Assembly (NCBI GenBank): GCA_964366355.1
Contig: CAYITO010000003.1
Span: forward strand, 1-37,399
Reading direction: 5' to 3'
From: an uncultured archaeon
GTDB taxonomy: Archaea > Aenigmatarchaeota > Aenigmatarchaeia > CG10238-14 > SCSR01
DNA length: 37,399 nucleotides
Made by a program: the position numbers and the translations under genes. The notes below the pieces were generated by a model, which saw only the letters and a program-made list of their open reading frames with translations, was not told the origin of the DNA and ran no database searches. Below are positions 33,254 through 37,399 of this stretch, piece by piece. Within the stretch, counting starts at the first letter, position 1. Each line of letters starts with the position of its first letter.

Positions 33254-33841
33254 ATGCACAAAGCTCTTAAAATTCTAATAATCTCGAGCATGTTTTACAG
33301 TTTCTCCGTGGGCTTGCTTGCCCCGATATTCGCAATATTTGTCCAGAGCATAGGCGGCGGAATACTCGAAGCCAGCAGGGCTTGGTTCCTTTATACGCTG
33401 TTAATAGGCATAACCATAGTAACTTTTGGAAGGATTGAAGACAAGGTCAGCAAAAGAGAAATGTTCCTGGTAGGTAGAATACTGTTTACATTGTCCGCTG
33501 CAGGATATTTTTTCGTGGAAAATATTGAGCACCTGTATTTCATTCAAATAATTCTCGCCATATCCGTGGCAATTATAGATCCTGCATTTACGGCTCTGTT
33601 TTCAAGTTCTTTGAGAAAAGGCAAGGAAAGTACAGAATGGGCAACCTGGGAGGGCGCTACATACATAGTAATGGCAGTGGGTGCGATTATAGGTGGGGTA
33701 GTAGCAGATACATTCGGATTCAAGCCGTTATTCGCAATGATGGCAATAAGCGGGGCATTGAGCACTTTAATTGCCACCATGTTAATAAGGAAAATCATGT
33801 GGAAAGCTATTGTGGCGAGATTTAGACACATCAAATTTTAA
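33254..33841 (+). CDS. Six-helix membrane protein resembling one half of an MFS transporter
   Basis: 195 aa with ~6 TM helices. MFS motif-A-like FGRIEDKVSKREMFL sits between helices 2 and 3. Confidence 0.6.
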   Translation: MHKALKILIISSMFYSFSVGLLAPIFAIFVQSIGGGILEASRAWFLYTLLIGITIVTFGRIEDKVSKREMFLVGRILFTLSAAGYFFVENIEHLYFIQIILAISVAIIDPAFTALFSSSLRKGKESTEWATWEGATYIVMAVGAIIGGVVADTFGFKPLFAMMAISGALSTLIATMLIRKIMWKAIVARFRHIKF

Positions 33842-33843
33842 GC

Positions 33844-36168
33844 TCAAGGTTTAATGTTGTGCATTGCCTTCAGATCTTTTTCAAAAATTTCCAGCTCTTT
33901 CGGAATTCCCATCTTAATTTCGTCCTTCAAAGATATCTTTAGATACTTTTTTTCATTCCAAACTTTCGAGTCGAAGTCCAGAATAGATTTTGTGAGTTTG
34001 TTCAATTTCTTGTCCCATTTTACCTCTGGGAATTCTTCTAGATGGATGGATTTCTTGCTGTACAGTTCCCTCCAGATATGATCTGTCATGAATGGTGTGA
34101 TCGGTGATAGAAGTTTCAGAATTGTATTCAGAACTAAATGCAGAGTAAATTGTACAGACTTTTGCTCGCTCTTGCTGAATCCTTGGCCATATGCCCTGGT
34201 TTTCACCATTTCTAAATAATGGTCTGCAAAAATATTCCAAGTGAATTCCCTGATTTTGTTTGAAGGTATGAAAAAGTTGAAATCCCGATAGCCCTCGTTA
34301 CAACTCTCTACAAGATTGCCCAATTCACCCAATATCCATTTATCTGAGTTGGTCAATTTTGCACTCTTGTGCTGAGGAAACATTGATATGAATCGTGCTA
34401 CATTCCAAAACTTTGTCAGGAATTTGCTTCCAGCTTCGATTCTTTGCTCCGAACATCTGAAGTCAGAGCCCAATGATACTTCCGTAGCATTCCAAAATCT
34501 GAAGTTATCCGCGCCGTATTTCTCGAGTATGGGATAAGGATCTATCACATTTCCCTTGCTCTTGCTCATTTTCTCCCCCCTTTCATCCACACCATATCCC
34601 ATTATCCATGCATGCCTCCATGCCATCTCACCAGTTAGTTGGTAGCATCTGAGCAATGTGTAGTACAGCCATGTACGGACGATGTCCTTGCTCTGCGGTC
34701 TTAGGGTATTCGGGTATGTTTTCTTGAAAAATTTGTCATCGGTTTTATATTTGGATATGAACAATGGAGATATGCTCGAATCTACCCAAGTGTCGAAAGT
34801 TCTCTCCTCACCAACAAATTCCTTGCCACCACAATTTTCACATGTGTTGAATGGAGCTTTTTCTTTCCAGGGCTGGTAGTATTTTCCCGGTTTTGGTATT
34901 TGGGGTCTTTTGCAGTCTTTGCAATACCAGACAGGTATCTCTGTCGCATAGACCCTTCTTCTCGATATGGGCCAATCGATGCTGACTGAATCAATCCAAT
35001 CTATCAGCAACTGCCTATGGACTTCGGGATGGAACTTCAAAGCTTCTGCAAACATTCTCATCTGTTTCACATAATCCAATTGCTTTAGATAAAATTCTGG
35101 CATGGCAATAATTTCTATTGGGTTTTTGCTTCTTTCGCATATCGGAGTCCTGTGCAAAATTTTTTCTTTCTTGACTACCAATCCACTTTTATCCAAATCC
35201 TCTATGATAGTCCTTCTTGCTTCATTCACGCGCATTCCAGAATATTTCCCAGAATTGTGAGTAAATCTTCCGTCGATGTTTATTGCAATAATTTCTTCCA
35301 GCTTTAATTCTCTGAAAAGCCTGACATCATGGAAATCACCATAGCTGCATATCATCACTGCGCCAGTTCCGAATTCGGCCTTGGCTTCTTTGTTTGGGAT
35401 TATAGGAATTGTGCGATTGTACATAGGCAATATTGCAGTTTTGCCATGCAATTTTTTGTATCTATTGTCATCAGGATGAACTATCACTGCCTGGCATGAG
35501 CACAAAAGTTCTGGCCTTGTGGTTGCAATAATCAAATCTTCACCAGTCTCCTTAACCTTGAATTTTACATAGACCAATTCTGTCGGCAATTCTTGATACA
35601 GAACCTCAGCATCAGCTATAGTAGTTCTGCACACTGTGCAGTAATTGTTGGGTCGTGTATCCTCGTAGATCAGTCCTCTATTCCACAATTCTATGAAAGT
35701 TGTTTGAGTCAGTCTTCTGTATTCTGTTGAATCTGTGCGATAGTAGTTTTCGAAATCCCCGGATAGGCCCATCGTTTTCATTATCTTTATCATTTCAGCC
35801 TCCAAATCATCCAACGCAGTCTTGCAATATTCTATAAATTTCTCTCTCGGCGTCAAGTTTATGGAAATATCAAATTTCTTTTCTGTGTAAATTTCTACAG
35901 GCAAACCATTCCTGTCAATGCCTATGGGGAATAGAGTTTCGTGCCCTAGCATCCTGGCAGTGCGGGCTATCATGTCTATTTGGGAATAATGGGCTGCAGC
36001 CCCAATATGCCAAGGGCGTCCCGAAGGATATGGTGGCGGCGTGTCTATTACAAAAATCTTTTTCTTGGATTTGGCATTAAATCTGTAAACACGCTCCTTT
36101 TCCCAGAGTTTCCTGACCTTCTCCTCCAATTCATGATTCCATATGGTTTCTTCAATCTGGGGTTTCAT
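33844..36168 (-). CDS. valS: Valyl-tRNA synthetase (archaeal type)
   Basis: IDTPPPYPSGRPWHIGAAAHY (HIGH region), DWPISRRRVYATEIPVWYC, KMSKSKGN. At ~774 aa the size fits ValRS, not IleRS or LeuRS. I place the start at ATG 36168-36166 (MKPQIEETIW) rather than the track start 36225. Confidence 0.85.
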   Translation of the reverse strand: MKPQIEETIWNHELEEKVRKLWEKERVYRFNAKSKKKIFVIDTPPPYPSGRPWHIGAAAHYSQIDMIARTARMLGHETLFPIGIDRNGLPVEIYTEKKFDISINLTPREKFIEYCKTALDDLEAEMIKIMKTMGLSGDFENYYRTDSTEYRRLTQTTFIELWNRGLIYEDTRPNNYCTVCRTTIADAEVLYQELPTELVYVKFKVKETGEDLIIATTRPELLCSCQAVIVHPDDNRYKKLHGKTAILPMYNRTIPIIPNKEAKAEFGTGAVMICSYGDFHDVRLFRELKLEEIIAINIDGRFTHNSGKYSGMRVNEARRTIIEDLDKSGLVVKKEKILHRTPICERSKNPIEIIAMPEFYLKQLDYVKQMRMFAEALKFHPEVHRQLLIDWIDSVSIDWPISRRRVYATEIPVWYCKDCKRPQIPKPGKYYQPWKEKAPFNTCENCGGKEFVGEERTFDTWVDSSISPLFISKYKTDDKFFKKTYPNTLRPQSKDIVRTWLYYTLLRCYQLTGEMAWRHAWIMGYGVDERGEKMSKSKGNVIDPYPILEKYGADNFRFWNATEVSLGSDFRCSEQRIEAGSKFLTKFWNVARFISMFPQHKSAKLTNSDKWILGELGNLVESCNEGYRDFNFFIPSNKIREFTWNIFADHYLEMVKTRAYGQGFSKSEQKSVQFTLHLVLNTILKLLSPITPFMTDHIWRELYSKKSIHLEEFPEVKWDKKLNKLTKSILDFDSKVWNEKKYLKISLKDEIKMGIPKELEIFEKDLKAMHNIKP

Positions 36169-36223
36169 AATCGAGCCTTTAATTTTAATAGTTGGTGATG
36201 AGAAATATAATAACTTGATAGGC

Positions 36224-37321
36224 ATGCGAAAATTTGAATACTATCCCCACATGATAAAGTTCTTTTCCGCATCAGCCATTTGGAGCATAGCCAATTACTT
36301 GCCCATATTCGCCAAGTCGCTTGGCATATCAGATATGGATATCGGGGTATTGGCTACTTTGTATGCAACAGCGATGTTCATCTCAACATACGCATTCGGA
36401 AGGCTTGCGGATATAATCGGAAGGAGGAAATTGATAATTTTTGGATTGTTGCTATCTTCAATTTCATTTTTACTTTATGCATATGCGAAAGATTTTGATA
36501 CGTTGCTTTCAATTAGAATTTTAAGCGGCATTGGAATAAGTATGCAGGCATCCGCAGTAGTAGCATATGCTCACGATGCAGGCCATAAGCTTGGGAAATT
36601 GACTTCCTTCGAATCTTTGGGCGTGGCTGTTGGCAGCATCTTGGTCGGAATAATTGCTTTGTATTTTGACATAATTTCAATATTTTTAATCAGTGCCGCT
36701 TTCTTCCTTTTCGCATTTTTAGTGTCGCTTAGGCTTGAGAAGGTCAATTACAAAAAAATCAATGGGCAGATGCCAGTTTTTCCACATCATATTTTAAAGA
36801 AAAATCTGCCCGTCTATATTTCATTTTTTATACGCCATGCAGCGGCCAATTCCATATGGGTTTTTTGGGGACTGTATTTGTTGCAGCTGGGCGCAGATCT
36901 GTTCTTGATAGGCTTGGCAATGGCTGTAAATACATTTACGCAATTTCTCGTGATGTTTTTTGTTGCAGATAAAATAAATGTGAAGAAATTGGTATCTGTG
37001 GGAACGCTTTTGACAGCGGTTACATTCTTCATTTTCGGGATATCAACAAGCTTCTGGCAAATTTTGGGAGCCCAGTTAATTCTTGGCATATCTTGGGGAT
37101 TCCTATATATAGGTTCTATTAGATGGGTAACTGATGACTCAAAAGAAAAGGCCACCAGCATAGGTTTGTTAAATTCGTTTATCAATTTGGCTCAGCTGAC
37201 CGGACCTTTGATAGCTACATTAGTTATAGGATTTGGTGGGTATAGGATGATTATGTATGCAGGGGCTGCAATGGCATTCTGCAGTTTCATCGCTTTCGAT
37301 ATACTTGCAAAAAGCAGATAA
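36224..37321 (+). CDS. MFS transporter
   Basis: ~365 aa with ~12 TM helices. Motif A: FGRLADIIGRRKLIIFG. I place the start at ATG 36224 (MRKFEYYP); the track start 36143 would overlap valS. Confidence 0.8.
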   Translation: MRKFEYYPHMIKFFSASAIWSIANYLPIFAKSLGISDMDIGVLATLYATAMFISTYAFGRLADIIGRRKLIIFGLLLSSISFLLYAYAKDFDTLLSIRILSGIGISMQASAVVAYAHDAGHKLGKLTSFESLGVAVGSILVGIIALYFDIISIFLISAAFFLFAFLVSLRLEKVNYKKINGQMPVFPHHILKKNLPVYISFFIRHAAANSIWVFWGLYLLQLGADLFLIGLAMAVNTFTQFLVMFFVADKINVKKLVSVGTLLTAVTFFIFGISTSFWQILGAQLILGISWGFLYIGSIRWVTDDSKEKATSIGLLNSFINLAQLTGPLIATLVIGFGGYRMIMYAGAAMAFCSFIAFDILAKSR

Positions 37322-37399
37322 GCACATAACTATAATTAATTATTGCCTTGCTTCAAAAGCCTCTGTCGAACAATGAGTCAAGCAAGTTATGAACCATGA

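Noticed and set aside
36143-36225. Overlapping N-terminal extensions of valS (to 36225) and of the MFS gene (from 36143)
   Set aside because: The two extensions would overlap each other on opposite strands. ValRS homology starts at MKPQIEETIW, and the MFS first TM helix follows MRKFEYYP. The shorter starts leave a 55-nt divergent promoter region.
37340-37399. Possible 3' end of a minus-strand gene running off the right edge (...SWFITCLTHCSTEAFEARQ*)
   Set aside because: Only 19 codons are visible, too few to support any call.

Overview
AT-rich archaeal chromosomal fragment. Archaeal hallmarks are aRF1, eL37, eS8, an Sm-like protein, an archaeal-type ValRS, aRNase J and intron-containing tRNAs. 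A small-genome, DPANN-like lineage is only an inference.

Layout:
(1) 1-6.8 kb: de novo purine genes (purH partial, purN-like, purD, purF) on the minus strand, interrupted by two plus-strand membrane-protein genes. One of these is bracketed by a 28-nt direct repeat.
(2) 6.9-15.2 kb: five co-directional secreted or surface protein genes. They include a CARDB protein, a CWB2-like protein, and a cupredoxin-like protein plus its neighbour that together carry three copies of an unassigned Cys/His-rich module.
(3) 15.4-21.3 kb: a RelE-type TA pair; a translationally coupled RHH-smc-scpA operon with an unusually short SMC (834 aa); a DUF357-like gene; two tRNA-Lys genes with non-canonical introns; eL37.
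(4) 21.3-28.2 kb: a compositionally mosaic accessory island lying between the normally adjacent Sm and L37e genes. It holds an integrase remnant, a PIN-like gene, a GC-rich RNA-like segment, a GC-rich aRNase J-like gene and GC-rich gene fragments. It also holds an AT-rich, tightly coupled two-gene cassette: a DCTPP1/MazG-like NTP pyrophosphatase plus a PD-(D/E)xK-DUF2075 helicase-like ATPase. This cassette is my best candidate for an undescribed (defence-type) system.
(5) 28.2-37.4 kb: Sm protein, eS8, TatD, a second Yip1-like paralog, aRF1 carrying a LAGLIDADG intein inside the GGQ loop (the encoded motif reads GGM), a half-size MFS protein, ValRS and an MFS transporter.

No rRNA or CRISPR array was seen. 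All family assignments come from motif reading by eye, not from searches.
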